From Burkholderiales bacterium (GTDB taxonomy: Bacteria; Pseudomonadota; Gammaproteobacteria; Burkholderiales; JACQAP01), in assembly GCA_046590325.1 (NCBI GenBank), contig JBKJUC010000162.1, forward strand, positions 21,768 through 85,767: DNA of 64,000 bases. Direction: 5' to 3'. The first letter of the stretch is position 1. The number at the start of each line of letters is the position of its first letter. The position numbers and the translations under genes were made by a program. Below the pieces are notes generated by a model that had not been told where the DNA came from, ran no database searches, and saw only the letters and a program-made list of their open reading frames with translations. Positions 15,844 to 25,410 of this stretch are shown piece by piece.

Positions 15844-18339
15844 ATGGACGTATTTTTGTGGATTGTCGCCGCGGTGGCGGTGTTCTGGGGGCTGGCTTAT
15901 TTCCGGGCCACTACGGTGGCGTGGATCATGGGCATTGCCGTCTATCTCGGCGCATTCACCCTGTGGTCCGACGCGAATTCGGGGAGCAAGGTGCTGCTTT
16001 GGACGGTAGTCCTGGTCGTCACGGCCATGCTGGCGGTGCCGCCGCTGCGGCGCGGGCTGATCAGCGATCCGTTGCTCAACTGGTTCCGCAAGGCGCTGCC
16101 GCAGGTTTCGCAGACCGAGCAGGAAGCGCTCGATGCCGGCACGGTCTGGTGGGACGGGGAATTGTTCAGCGGCAATCCGGACTGGAACAAGCTGTACGCC
16201 ACGGCGAAGCCGCGGCTCACGCCTGATGAGCAGGCCTTTCTCGACGGTCCGACCGAAGAGTTGTGCCGGATGTGCGACGAGTGGAGGATTTCCCATGAGC
16301 TGAACGACCTGCCACCCGAAGTCTGGCAGTTCATCAAGGACAAGGGCTTCCTGGGCATGATCATTCCGCGCCAGTACGGCGGGATGGGTTTCTCGGCCTA
16401 CGCCCATTCGCAGGTGGTGCAGAAACTGGCCACGCGCAGTTCGACCGCCTGCGTTTCGGTCATGGTGCCGAATTCCCTCGGGCCCGCCGAACTGCTGCTT
16501 CATTACGGCACCGACGAACAGAAGAATCATTACCTGCCGCGCCTTGCGAAAGGCCTGGAAATGCCGTGCTTCGCGCTGACTGGACCCGATGCCGGTTCCG
16601 ATGCGGGCTCGATTCCGGATTTCGGCGTGGTCTGCAAGGGGCTGCATGAAGGGCGCGAAGTCCTGGGCATCCGCCTGACCTGGGAAAAGCGCTACATCAC
16701 GCTCGGGCCGGTTGCCACCATCCTCGGTCTCGCGTTCAAGCTGCACGATCCCGAACATTTGCTTGGCGGCAAGGAAGAGATCGGTATCACCCTGGCGCTG
16801 ATCCCGACTCGGCATCCCGGCGTCAACATTGGCCGCCGTCATCTCCCGCTGAATGCCTCTTTCATGAACGGCCCGAATTCGGGCAAGGACGTCTTCATAC
16901 CGCTCGAGTGGGTTATCGGCGGCAAGGAGTTCGCGGGCCAGGGCTGGCGCATGCTTATGGAGTGCCTCGCCGCGGGCCGTTCCATCTCCCTGCCGTCTTC
17001 CAGCTCCGGCGCCGCGAAGCTCGCGGCGCGCACGACCAGCGCCTACAGCCGGGTGCGCAGCCAGTTCAAGATTTCAATCGGAAAATTCGAAGGCATCGAG
17101 GAGGCGCTGGCCAGGATCGGCGGCAATACCTATGCCATCGATGCGGCCCGCACGATGACCGCGGGAGCCGTGGACCTGGGCGAAAAGCCATCCGTTATTT
17201 CCGCGATCGTTAAGTATCACTGCACCGAGCGCGCCCGCCAGGTGATCAACGATGCCATGGACGTGCACGGCGGCAAGGGCATCTGCCTCGGGCCCAGCAA
17301 TTACCTGGGCCGGGCCTATCAGCAAATTCCCATCGGCATCACGGTCGAGGGGGCCAACATCCTGACGCGCAGCATGATGATCTTCGGCCAGGGTGCGATC
17401 CGCTGCCATCCGTATGTGCTGAAGGAAATCGAAGCCACCCGCACGCAAAATGCCGCCGAGGCCGGACAAAAATTCGACGAAGCATTCTGGGATCACGCGC
17501 GCTTCGTGCTCTGCAACGCGGCGCGGTCGCTGTGGCTGGGCATCACGGGCGCCAGCCTGGTGTCCGTCCCCGGCGCGATCGAACTGCGGCGCTACACGCG
17601 ACAGCTCGCACGCCTTGCCGCCGGGTTCGCGCTCGCTTCGGACGTGGCCATGCTGTTCCTGGGCGGCGACCTGAAGCGCAAGGAAAAACTGTCCGGCCGG
17701 CTTGGCGACATCCTGAGCCAGCTATATATCGCCTCGACGGTGCTGAAGCGCTTCGAGGATGACGGCAGGCCGCAAGCCGACTTGCCCTTTGCGCAATGGG
17801 CGCTCGAGGATTGCCTGCATCGCATCCAGGAGGCGTTCTATGGCGTGTTCGAGAACTTCCCCAGTCGAATCGCTGCGTGGAAAATGCGCTTCCTGGTTTT
17901 CCCCTGGGGGCGGGCCTACTCGCCGCCCTCGGACTGGCTTGGCCAGAAGGTTGCTCGCGCCATGCTGGAACCCTCCCAGACCCGCGATCGCCTGACCGCG
18001 AACATGTTCCTGCAGAGGAACGAAGACGATCCGGTCGGGCGCCTGGAACTCGCAATGCAGGCAGCACCCGCCGGAGAGGCCGTGGAGGTGAAAGTCCGCA
18101 ATGCCCAGAAGGCCGGCGAGATATCCGGATTGACCGACGAGGCGCGGGTGGCGGCTGCCCTTGAGAAAGGCATCCTGACTGCCGAAGAAACAGCGCAATG
18201 GCGCCGGTTCACGACCTTGCGGCGAGCCTGCATCATGGTGGATGATTTTCCCCACGACGTCGGTTGTATCCAGGCCGAGTCCGATAGTTTCAGCGTGCCC
18301 AAGGTGGGAAACATCGTTTCGCAGAAGACCGCGGCATGA
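15844..18339 (+). CDS. fadE: acyl-CoA dehydrogenase FadE (about 830 aa, membrane-associated N-terminus)
   Basis: RBS AGGAG precedes the ATG at 15844. Hydrophobic N-terminus MDVFLWIVAAVAVFWGLAYF, an ACAD core and a long C-terminal domain typical of FadE. Confidence 0.88.
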   Translation: MDVFLWIVAAVAVFWGLAYFRATTVAWIMGIAVYLGAFTLWSDANSGSKVLLWTVVLVVTAMLAVPPLRRGLISDPLLNWFRKALPQVSQTEQEALDAGTVWWDGELFSGNPDWNKLYATAKPRLTPDEQAFLDGPTEELCRMCDEWRISHELNDLPPEVWQFIKDKGFLGMIIPRQYGGMGFSAYAHSQVVQKLATRSSTACVSVMVPNSLGPAELLLHYGTDEQKNHYLPRLAKGLEMPCFALTGPDAGSDAGSIPDFGVVCKGLHEGREVLGIRLTWEKRYITLGPVATILGLAFKLHDPEHLLGGKEEIGITLALIPTRHPGVNIGRRHLPLNASFMNGPNSGKDVFIPLEWVIGGKEFAGQGWRMLMECLAAGRSISLPSSSSGAAKLAARTTSAYSRVRSQFKISIGKFEGIEEALARIGGNTYAIDAARTMTAGAVDLGEKPSVISAIVKYHCTERARQVINDAMDVHGGKGICLGPSNYLGRAYQQIPIGITVEGANILTRSMMIFGQGAIRCHPYVLKEIEATRTQNAAEAGQKFDEAFWDHARFVLCNAARSLWLGITGASLVSVPGAIELRRYTRQLARLAAGFALASDVAMLFLGGDLKRKEKLSGRLGDILSQLYIASTVLKRFEDDGRPQADLPFAQWALEDCLHRIQEAFYGVFENFPSRIAAWKMRFLVFPWGRAYSPPSDWLGQKVARAMLEPSQTRDRLTANMFLQRNEDDPVGRLELAMQAAPAGEAVEVKVRNAQKAGEISGLTDEARVAAALEKGILTAEETAQWRRFTTLRRACIMVDDFPHDVGCIQAESDSFSVPKVGNIVSQKTAA

Positions 18340-19118
18340 ACGAAGTCGTAAAACTCATCGCAGAAGGTGGCGTCGCCACGATTGTGCTGAACCGGCCACA
18401 CGTTATGAACGCGATGGATGGCGTAATGATGCAACAACTGCGCCCCATTGCAGAATCGGTGGAAAACGATTCCTCCATTCGCGCGGTAGTCCTACGCGGC
18501 GAAGGGGCCGCTTTCATGGCGGGCGGTGACGTCGACGTCTTTCATCAGCATCTCGCTGAGCTACCAGAACTGATCGTGACTTGGGGCCGCGAAATGCATG
18601 CTGCTTTCCTGGCATTGCGGCGTATGGGCAAGCCGGTGCTGGCCAGCGTGCACGGCGCGGTCGCTGGCGCCGGGTTCAGTCTGATGTGCGCTGCCGATCT
18701 CGCGGTCGCCGCTGCCGACACCCGGTTCACACTGGCGTATGCGAATATCGGTGCCAGCCCGGACGGCGGCAGCACGTATTTTCTGCCGCGGCTAGTCGGG
18801 TACAAGAAAACCATGGAAATGATCATGCTGCCGGATCGCTTTGATGCGGAGACCGCGCGCCTGCACGGACTGGTCAATTGGGTGGTACCGAATGAGGAAC
18901 TCGCTGCCCAGACCGCGCGCATCGCGCAGCGTCTCGCCGCCGGGCCGACGCGTGCTTACGCGGAAGGCAAGCGCCTGGTCAATCAATCCCTCGATCGGCT
19001 TGGCGCGCAGATGGAAGAGGAACTGGAGGCCTTTTCCCGCTGCGCGCGCGGCGGCGATTTGAAGGAGGGTGTGACCGCGTTCGTGGAAAAACGAAAGCCC
19101 GTCTTCAAAGGCGATTGA
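18336..19118 (+). CDS. enoyl-CoA hydratase/isomerase (crotonase family)
   Basis: ATGA overlap with the fadE stop. 260 aa with VLRGEGAAFMAGGDV and AVAGAGFSLMCAADL oxyanion-hole segments. Confidence 0.85.
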   Translation: MNEVVKLIAEGGVATIVLNRPHVMNAMDGVMMQQLRPIAESVENDSSIRAVVLRGEGAAFMAGGDVDVFHQHLAELPELIVTWGREMHAAFLALRRMGKPVLASVHGAVAGAGFSLMCAADLAVAAADTRFTLAYANIGASPDGGSTYFLPRLVGYKKTMEMIMLPDRFDAETARLHGLVNWVVPNEELAAQTARIAQRLAAGPTRAYAEGKRLVNQSLDRLGAQMEEELEAFSRCARGGDLKEGVTAFVEKRKPVFKGD

Positions 19119-19508
19119 AAACGCATTGACCGTCGAGAATGCGAAGGGAAATAAAATTTCAAGCCAAAGGAACAAGGGCTTCAGCACTTGCTTGGAATTA
19201 GAAGTAGAAAGAAAATTTTGAACTAAATGATCCAGGCGGCCGAGCCTGTCGAAATTTCTACACACCCCCCTGTTTGTGCTGATAAGTGTCGGAGGCTCCT
19301 CGTTTCCGGCTAGCGAGTCGCCGCCGGGCGACACGTCCAAACAAACACCCATTTCACCTTTATTACTGAATTTCAAGACTTTCTGGCTTCATGAGCAGAT
19401 TGTTCCTGCTTTCGGGCATGCAACCTGCTCATGACGTGGGTGGGACGAATTACACATAGATTTAAGAGTTCTCTGCATTTGCGAAATTTATGAAGAACGG
19501 ACACAGCA

Positions 19509-21683
19509 ATGGCATTTTTTGATTTCAAAGCGGGAATGACTGCGTTTGCGAAAGTCATTCAGTGGTTCGTAATGAGCAAACGCATGCTGCTGATCGTTTC
19601 GCCATTCCTGGCGATTGTCGCGGTACTCGTGTGGCTTGCCATTGTCAGCATGGACATCCTGGCTGCAGGTCGCGCATATGTCGAAGGCGAGAGCCTGTGG
19701 TCCAAGAACCAGAAGGAAGCGGTATTCCACCTGGTGCGATTCGCGGCGACTGGCTCCGAATCGGATTTCCTCAGCTATCGCAAAGCGATCATGGTGCCGA
19801 TGGGTTTCCGCAACGCTCGCCTTGAGCTTGAAAAGCCCTATCCAAATGACTCCACCGTGCAGGCCGGATTCATCCAAGGCGGAACCCACCCGGATGACAT
19901 TGCGGGCGTTATCAGCCTGTACGAGCGCTTTCATCGTGTGAGCTACATGAAGAACGTGCTCGATATCTGGAAAACCGGCGATGAGTTCATGGAGAGGCTT
20001 GCCGTGGCAGCCGAAGATCTCCATGCGCTTCAGGTTTCCGGTGGCGTGGACCTCCCTGCGCGCGATAAGGTCTTGCACCGCATTTTCCAGATCAACGAAG
20101 AACTCAGGCCGTGGCAGAACCGATTTTCAAACACTTTGGGTGAGGCCACGCGCTGGATCCGGTCCATGCTGTTGCTCGTGATCCTGACGGTCGCGGGAAT
20201 TCTGATTCCATTCGGTATTTTTCTTACCCAGCGCATGGTCAGTCAAGTCGATCGCGCGGAACGCGAGCTCAAAGAGCTCAAGCTCGGGCAAGAATACTCG
20301 GTGAAGCTTGCCTACCACGCCAGCCACGACCCTCTCACCAATCTGGTTAACCGCCTTGAATTCGAAAAGCGCCTCGCGCTGGCTTTACACACCGCAGTCA
20401 GTCAGGATCGCCAGCATATCGTCATGTACCTGGATCTCGATCAGTTCAAAATCGTCAACGATACCAGCGGGCACGCGGCCGGTGATCAATTGTTGCGGCA
20501 GGTGGGGGCATTGCTAAAAGAACAAGTGCGGGAAGGAGATTCTCTTGCCCGTCTGGGCGGAGACGAATTCGGCGTATTGCTTGAAAACTGTCCGATGCAG
20601 GAAGCAATTGGCATTGCGGACAAGCTGCGCCAGTGCATAGCGGACTTTCGCTTTGTCAGCGAAGGCAAAGCGTTCAGCATCGGCGCTAGCATTGGCGTGG
20701 TACAGGTCGCGGATGGGATGCTCAACCTTACCGACATACTCAGCGCAGCAGATGCCGCCTGCTACACGGCGAAGGAGAAGGGGCGCAATCGTGTTCAAAT
20801 CTATCGTCCGCACGACAGTGAAGTCTCCATGCGCCGGGGCGAACTGGAATGGGTGCCGCGTCTGCAACGAGCGCTCCAGCAAGGACGCTTCGTGCTTTAC
20901 TCTCAACAGATCCTGTCCATCGAGGAGCACTCTCCTCAGGCGAGCCATCACGAACTGCTCGTGCGCATGGTTGACGAGTATGGCAAGGTCGTTCCCCCGA
21001 TGGCGTTCATCCCTGCCGCCGAACGCTATAGCATCATGCCGATGATAGACCAGTGGGTTGTTCAAAACGCGTTCGCTGCGATCAGCTCCCTTGGCCCGGA
21101 TTGCGGAACCTATGCAATCAATATTTCGGGCACATCAATCGGTGATGAACGCTTCCTTGAATTTGTTCGGGAACAGTTCCGAAATTATCACATGCCCCCG
21201 CGGAGCGTCTGTTTTGAAATTACGGAGACTGCCGCGATTGCGAACTTTGACAAGGCGGCGCGATTCTTTGGGGAAATGAAGTCGCTTGGCTGTCTGTTCT
21301 CGCTTGACGATTTCGGGGCCGGAATGTCCTCTTTTGGATATCTCAAGCACTTACCCGTGGATTTCATCAAGATCGACGGCAGTTTCGTCAAAGACGTCGC
21401 GCATGATCCGGTTGCAGTCGCGATGGTGCGGGCCATCAACGATGTGGGACATGTGATGGGCAAGAAAACTATCGGCGAGTTTGTGGACGGAGAGATCGTG
21501 CTCCGTACATTGCGCGAAATTGGAGTGAACTTCGCACAGGGAAACTGGATATCTCCCCCTAAACCGTTCCCGGCAAAGCCGCCAGTTGCAACGCTTCCAG
21601 TAGTACGTACCGGGACAGAAATATCTCTTCTGCCACAGGTGCGGATTGCCTCCCGTGAAGCAATTCTCAATTCCACAACATGA
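19509..21683 (+). CDS. bifunctional diguanylate cyclase/phosphodiesterase (GGDEF-EAL) with N-terminal two-TM periplasmic sensor domain
   Basis: GGDEF motif RLGGDEFGVLL with an upstream RxxD (REGD) I-site. The EAL domain has FEITETAAI, DDFGAGMSSFGYL and KIDGSFV. Two TM helices flank about 170 aa of unassigned sequence. An alternative start is ATG 19572. Confidence 0.88.
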   Translation: MAFFDFKAGMTAFAKVIQWFVMSKRMLLIVSPFLAIVAVLVWLAIVSMDILAAGRAYVEGESLWSKNQKEAVFHLVRFAATGSESDFLSYRKAIMVPMGFRNARLELEKPYPNDSTVQAGFIQGGTHPDDIAGVISLYERFHRVSYMKNVLDIWKTGDEFMERLAVAAEDLHALQVSGGVDLPARDKVLHRIFQINEELRPWQNRFSNTLGEATRWIRSMLLLVILTVAGILIPFGIFLTQRMVSQVDRAERELKELKLGQEYSVKLAYHASHDPLTNLVNRLEFEKRLALALHTAVSQDRQHIVMYLDLDQFKIVNDTSGHAAGDQLLRQVGALLKEQVREGDSLARLGGDEFGVLLENCPMQEAIGIADKLRQCIADFRFVSEGKAFSIGASIGVVQVADGMLNLTDILSAADAACYTAKEKGRNRVQIYRPHDSEVSMRRGELEWVPRLQRALQQGRFVLYSQQILSIEEHSPQASHHELLVRMVDEYGKVVPPMAFIPAAERYSIMPMIDQWVVQNAFAAISSLGPDCGTYAINISGTSIGDERFLEFVREQFRNYHMPPRSVCFEITETAAIANFDKAARFFGEMKSLGCLFSLDDFGAGMSSFGYLKHLPVDFIKIDGSFVKDVAHDPVAVAMVRAINDVGHVMGKKTIGEFVDGEIVLRTLREIGVNFAQGNWISPPKPFPAKPPVATLPVVRTGTEISLLPQVRIASREAILNSTT

Positions 21684-22435
21684 AAGAGAAGAAAATGAAC
21701 ATGAACGACAAGGTGGTTCGGGAAATGTCATCGCACCCCCGGTGGGTTTCTTCGTTGTACGAGTTCGTCGCTCCCCATTGGGATAACCTGGTCAATGGGC
21801 AATGGGCGCAGTCGGTCGCGTCGGGGCGGCTAAGCGTCGAACAGATGCAAGGATGGATTCTTCAGATCTACCCGTTCATCTATGATTTCCCGAAGTTTCT
21901 CGCCGAGGGCTTGATCAAGGTAGAGGACGACTTTTCTCGAACATTTCTGATTGAAAACATACGTATCGAAAGGGCGCACGCCGAACATTGGATATGGATG
22001 GGCGAGGGATTCGGTCTCAATCGGCAGCAAATGTTGCATTTGGCCGAGGGCGATACCCCCATCCTGCGTGACGTGCAGTCGCTCACCGACTGGCTTTGGC
22101 GAGTGAACGCCAAAGGGTCTCTTGCCGAGGCCGTGGCCGCAACAAGCTTCGCCATCGAAGGCGTTGCGGGTGCGCTCGCGAGGAAAATCGCCACCGGTTT
22201 CGAGTCCTACCGAGACCGACCGGGTGTGGACATGAATCCCAAAACATACAAGTGGATCCGGGAGCATTGTCACTACGACGACGAGCACCCTAAATTCGCC
22301 TTGGAGATTGTCAAGCACTATGCCATTACCGAGCGTATGCAGCGACAGGTCATGTTCGCGGCCAAGCGCAGCCTGGAACTCCTGGAATTGGCGCTGTTGA
22401 GTTCGACGCAGATAGCACCGACCCAGAAACGATGA
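21680..22435 (+). CDS. heme-oxygenase-like diiron oxidase fold protein (TenA/PqqC/CADD superfamily)
   Basis: 251 aa, all-helical by composition. Putative ligand set ERAH (E97/H100), FAIEG (E160) and HCHYDDEH (H196-x3-D200-x2-H203). ATGA overlap with the GGDEF-EAL stop; an alternative ATG is at 21695. Confidence 0.6.
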   Translation: MKEKKMNMNDKVVREMSSHPRWVSSLYEFVAPHWDNLVNGQWAQSVASGRLSVEQMQGWILQIYPFIYDFPKFLAEGLIKVEDDFSRTFLIENIRIERAHAEHWIWMGEGFGLNRQQMLHLAEGDTPILRDVQSLTDWLWRVNAKGSLAEAVAATSFAIEGVAGALARKIATGFESYRDRPGVDMNPKTYKWIREHCHYDDEHPKFALEIVKHYAITERMQRQVMFAAKRSLELLELALLSSTQIAPTQKR

Positions 22436-22745
22436 CCGGTCGCGTACTTGCGCGGAGTTGGATAAATTAAGTACAGGCGACGACGCCTGGCGCAGGTCAC
22501 ACCAGTAAGTCCAATTGCGGGCAGAAGCGCGTTGCTGCGGCGGCTTCTGACCCTGGCGAAAAGTCTTCTTCGTGCACGGCACGGCGCGTCAACGCCAGAA
22601 ACCAGTCTTGGCGCGATACTTCGCAGGCCTCTTGACCGGGAGCCAACTTGGTCAGACACTGTCTCCAGCATCAGGCCGCCCTTATCCCAAATTTGCGCAT
22701 TCCTCTTCGCTCCTTTGAAGCGTGAGCGGCGAATGCTCCTGGAAA

Positions 22746-23564
22746 ATGTCGAATCTGAAGAATAAAACGATATTTATTACGGGCGCAACGCGCGGCATCG
22801 GCCGCGAGATTGCGTTGCGCTTCGCTCGCGATGGCGCAAATATCGTGGTGACCGGCAAGACCACGGAGCCCAATCCAAAACTTGCGGGCACGATCCATTC
22901 GACTGCGCAGGAGGTCGAGGCGGCCGGCGGCCGCGCACTGGCCTTGCAGCTGGATATCCGCGACGACAACGCCGTGGCCGCGGCAGTGAGGACCGCAGCC
23001 GAAAAATTCGGTGGCATCGACGTGCTGGTCAACAATGCCAGCGCCATCAGCATGACCGGGACTCTGGCGACGCCGCCAAAGCGCTACGATCTCATGCATC
23101 AGGTCGACGCCCGCGGCACATTCGTATGCGCGCAGGCCTGCGTTCCGCACCTTCTCAAGGCAGCAAATCCGCACATCCTCACATTGTCACCACCGCTGAA
23201 CATGAATCCGAAGTGGTTCAGGGATCATGTAGCCTATACGATGGCCAAGTACGGCATGAGCATGTGCACCCTCGGCATGTCTGCCGAATTCGCGCCACAG
23301 GGTATCGCAGTGAATTCACTGTGGCCGCGCACGACCATCGCCACGGCTGCCGTTGAGGTATTTTTTCCGCAGGCGGTGGCGGGCAGCCGCAAGCCGGCGA
23401 TCATGGCGGACGCCGCCCACGCCATCGTGGTCCGCGACAGTCGATCGACGACGGGAAACTTTTTCATAGACGAGGAAGTCATGCGCGGCGAGGGCGTGCA
23501 TGATTTCGAGCCTTACGCCGTGATGCCTGGTACGCGGCTTGTCAATGACCTCTTCCTGGACTGA
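22746..23564 (+). CDS. SDR family oxidoreductase (HSDL2-like)
   Basis: Start MSNLKNKTIFITGATRGIGREIALRFARDGANIVVTGKT. Rossmann TGxxxGIG motif and YTMAK catalytic pair. Confidence 0.8.
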   Translation: MSNLKNKTIFITGATRGIGREIALRFARDGANIVVTGKTTEPNPKLAGTIHSTAQEVEAAGGRALALQLDIRDDNAVAAAVRTAAEKFGGIDVLVNNASAISMTGTLATPPKRYDLMHQVDARGTFVCAQACVPHLLKAANPHILTLSPPLNMNPKWFRDHVAYTMAKYGMSMCTLGMSAEFAPQGIAVNSLWPRTTIATAAVEVFFPQAVAGSRKPAIMADAAHAIVVRDSRSTTGNFFIDEEVMRGEGVHDFEPYAVMPGTRLVNDLFLD

Positions 23565-23604
23565 GCGGGAAGCCAAAACAAGACTTGAACTGGAGGAGAC
23601 AACA

Positions 23605-25410
23605 ATGGCGCAAACAACAGACGTCATTCCGCCGGAGACAGCAAAAACCCTGGATGGACTATTCCAGGAGCGGGTGCGGCGTTCTGCGGGTGCGCGCGCC
23701 TACTGCGGTTTCGACGAAGCCGGCGGTACCTGGAAGGATTACACCTGGAGCGACGTCGAGAAACTGGTCGCACGCTGGCAGGCGGGTATGGAAGCCGATG
23801 GGCTCCAACCCGGTGACCGTGTTGCGATCATGCTGCGAAACAGTGTGCAGTGGGTGGTGTTCGACCAGGCCGCGATGGGCTTGGACCTCGTCACGGTGCC
23901 GCTTTATACCTCCGATCGTCCCGATAACATCGCCTACATCTTGCAGAACTCTGGCGCGAAGCTGCTGCTTTTCGAAAGCCCGGAACAATGGGATCAGTTC
24001 GCCGGGGTACAGGATCAACTGACCGGGCTCAAGCGGATCCTGAGCCTGAAACCGGTGCCGCAGCCGGCCGCCGATCCCAGACTGAAAGGCGTGGACGATT
24101 GGGCGTCCCGGAGCGCCGGCCCGGTCAAGCATATCAATGCCGACGCCAGCAAGCTGACGAGCATCATTTATACGTCGGGGACTACGGGCAAACCCAAAGG
24201 CGTCATGCTTTCGCACAACAACATGCTGACCAACGCCTACGCCGCCCTGCAGTGTTGCGGTGTGACCCGGGAGGACCTGTTCCTGTCCTTCCTGCCGATG
24301 TCGCACACGCTCGAGCGCACCGGCGGGTACTACCTCACGATGATGGCCGGCGCGCAGGTGGCCTACGCCCGTTCCGTTCCGCAGCTCGGGGAAGACCTTG
24401 TCTTCATCAAGCCGACGATGATGATTTCCGTGCCGCGCATCTACGAGCGCGTTTACGGCAGCATCAAGACCAGGCTGGCTGAAGGCCCTCCCGCGCGCCG
24501 CAAGCTTTTCGAGCTCGCGGTCGAAACGGGCTGGGCGCGATTCGAACACGCGCAGGGACGCGGGCCCTGGAAGCCGTCCTTTCTCCTATGGCCCATCCTG
24601 AACCGGCTGGTCGCACATAAAGTCATGTCGCGACTAGGCGGCCGCTTGCGCGCCGCAGTCAGTGGCGGGGCCGCGTTGTCGCCGGAGATCGCCCGGCTGT
24701 TCGTCGGACTGGGATTGCCGATCCTGCAGGGTTACGGACTGACCGAGACCAGTCCTGTGGTCACCACCAACCGACTGGAGGATAACGTGCCCGCCAGCAT
24801 CGGCAAGCCGGTTCCCGGTGTGCAGGTAAAGCTCGGCGAGAAGGACGCACTGCTGGTCAAAGGTCCGAACGTCATGATGGGCTACTGGAACAATCCCGAT
24901 GCCACCAGGGCGATGTTCACTGCGGATGGCTGGCTGAATACCGGCGACACGGCGCGGGTGGATGCGGAGGGCCGCTTGTACATCACGGGACGGCTGAAGG
25001 AAATCATCGTCATGTCGAATGGCGAGAAAATCCCGCCGGTGGACATGGAGGCGGCGATCCTGCAGGACACGCTCTTCGAACAGGCGATGGTGCTCGGCGA
25101 GGGCAGGCCGTTTCTGTCCGCATTCCTGGTTCTGAACCGGGAGCAGTGGGCCAAGGTCGCTGCCGCGCAAGGGCTGGATCCGGATTCCGAGAAGGTGATG
25201 CTCGGCCCCGATGCTGAGAAGATCGTGCTCGAGCGGGTGCAGCGGCAGATCAAGTCTTTCCCGGGCTACGCGCAAATCTATCGCGCCGCCGTCCTGGCGC
25301 AGCCCTGGACCATCGAGAACGGGCTGCTGACGCCGACCATGAAGCTCAAACGCAACAAGGTCATGGAAACCCACAAGAGCGAATTCGAACATCTGTATGC
25401 CGGACACTGA
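23605..25410 (+). CDS. long-chain fatty acid-CoA ligase (AMP-binding)
   Basis: RBS GGAGGAG precedes the ATG at 23605 (MAQTTDVIPPETAKTL). Contains YTSGTTGKPKGVMLSH and GYGLTETSP motifs. Confidence 0.88.
   Translation: MAQTTDVIPPETAKTLDGLFQERVRRSAGARAYCGFDEAGGTWKDYTWSDVEKLVARWQAGMEADGLQPGDRVAIMLRNSVQWVVFDQAAMGLDLVTVPLYTSDRPDNIAYILQNSGAKLLLFESPEQWDQFAGVQDQLTGLKRILSLKPVPQPAADPRLKGVDDWASRSAGPVKHINADASKLTSIIYTSGTTGKPKGVMLSHNNMLTNAYAALQCCGVTREDLFLSFLPMSHTLERTGGYYLTMMAGAQVAYARSVPQLGEDLVFIKPTMMISVPRIYERVYGSIKTRLAEGPPARRKLFELAVETGWARFEHAQGRGPWKPSFLLWPILNRLVAHKVMSRLGGRLRAAVSGGAALSPEIARLFVGLGLPILQGYGLTETSPVVTTNRLEDNVPASIGKPVPGVQVKLGEKDALLVKGPNVMMGYWNNPDATRAMFTADGWLNTGDTARVDAEGRLYITGRLKEIIVMSNGEKIPPVDMEAAILQDTLFEQAMVLGEGRPFLSAFLVLNREQWAKVAAAQGLDPDSEKVMLGPDAEKIVLERVQRQIKSFPGYAQIYRAAVLAQPWTIENGLLTPTMKLKRNKVMETHKSEFEHLYAGH

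Noticed and set aside
19119-19508. An AT-rich leader with small ORFs (for example 19227, 20 codons; 19391, 22 codons) and a 9-bp inverted repeat CATGAGCAG...CTGCTCATG (19390-19433). It was considered as a small protein or sRNA locus.
   Set aside because: The small ORFs lack RBS support or recognisable sequence. The hairpin has no T-run. Without expression or conservation data, nothing can be claimed beyond a probable promoter or UTR region of the GGDEF-EAL gene.
22436-22745. About 310 nt of unassigned sequence after the HDO gene, examined in all six frames for a transposase or integrase remnant, an att site or a riboswitch.
   Set aside because: No frame gives a recognisable transposase or integrase peptide. 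No inverted or direct repeat matching the left island border was found. No conserved riboswitch-like structure was evident. It is left as unexplained non-coding DNA and mentioned under the island finding.
19119-22745. The AT-richer island considered as a classical mobile element or defence island.
   Set aside because: It has no transposase, integrase, terminal inverted repeats, toxin-antitoxin genes or nuclease, helicase or defence-type domains. It is kept only as a compositional island with signalling cargo.
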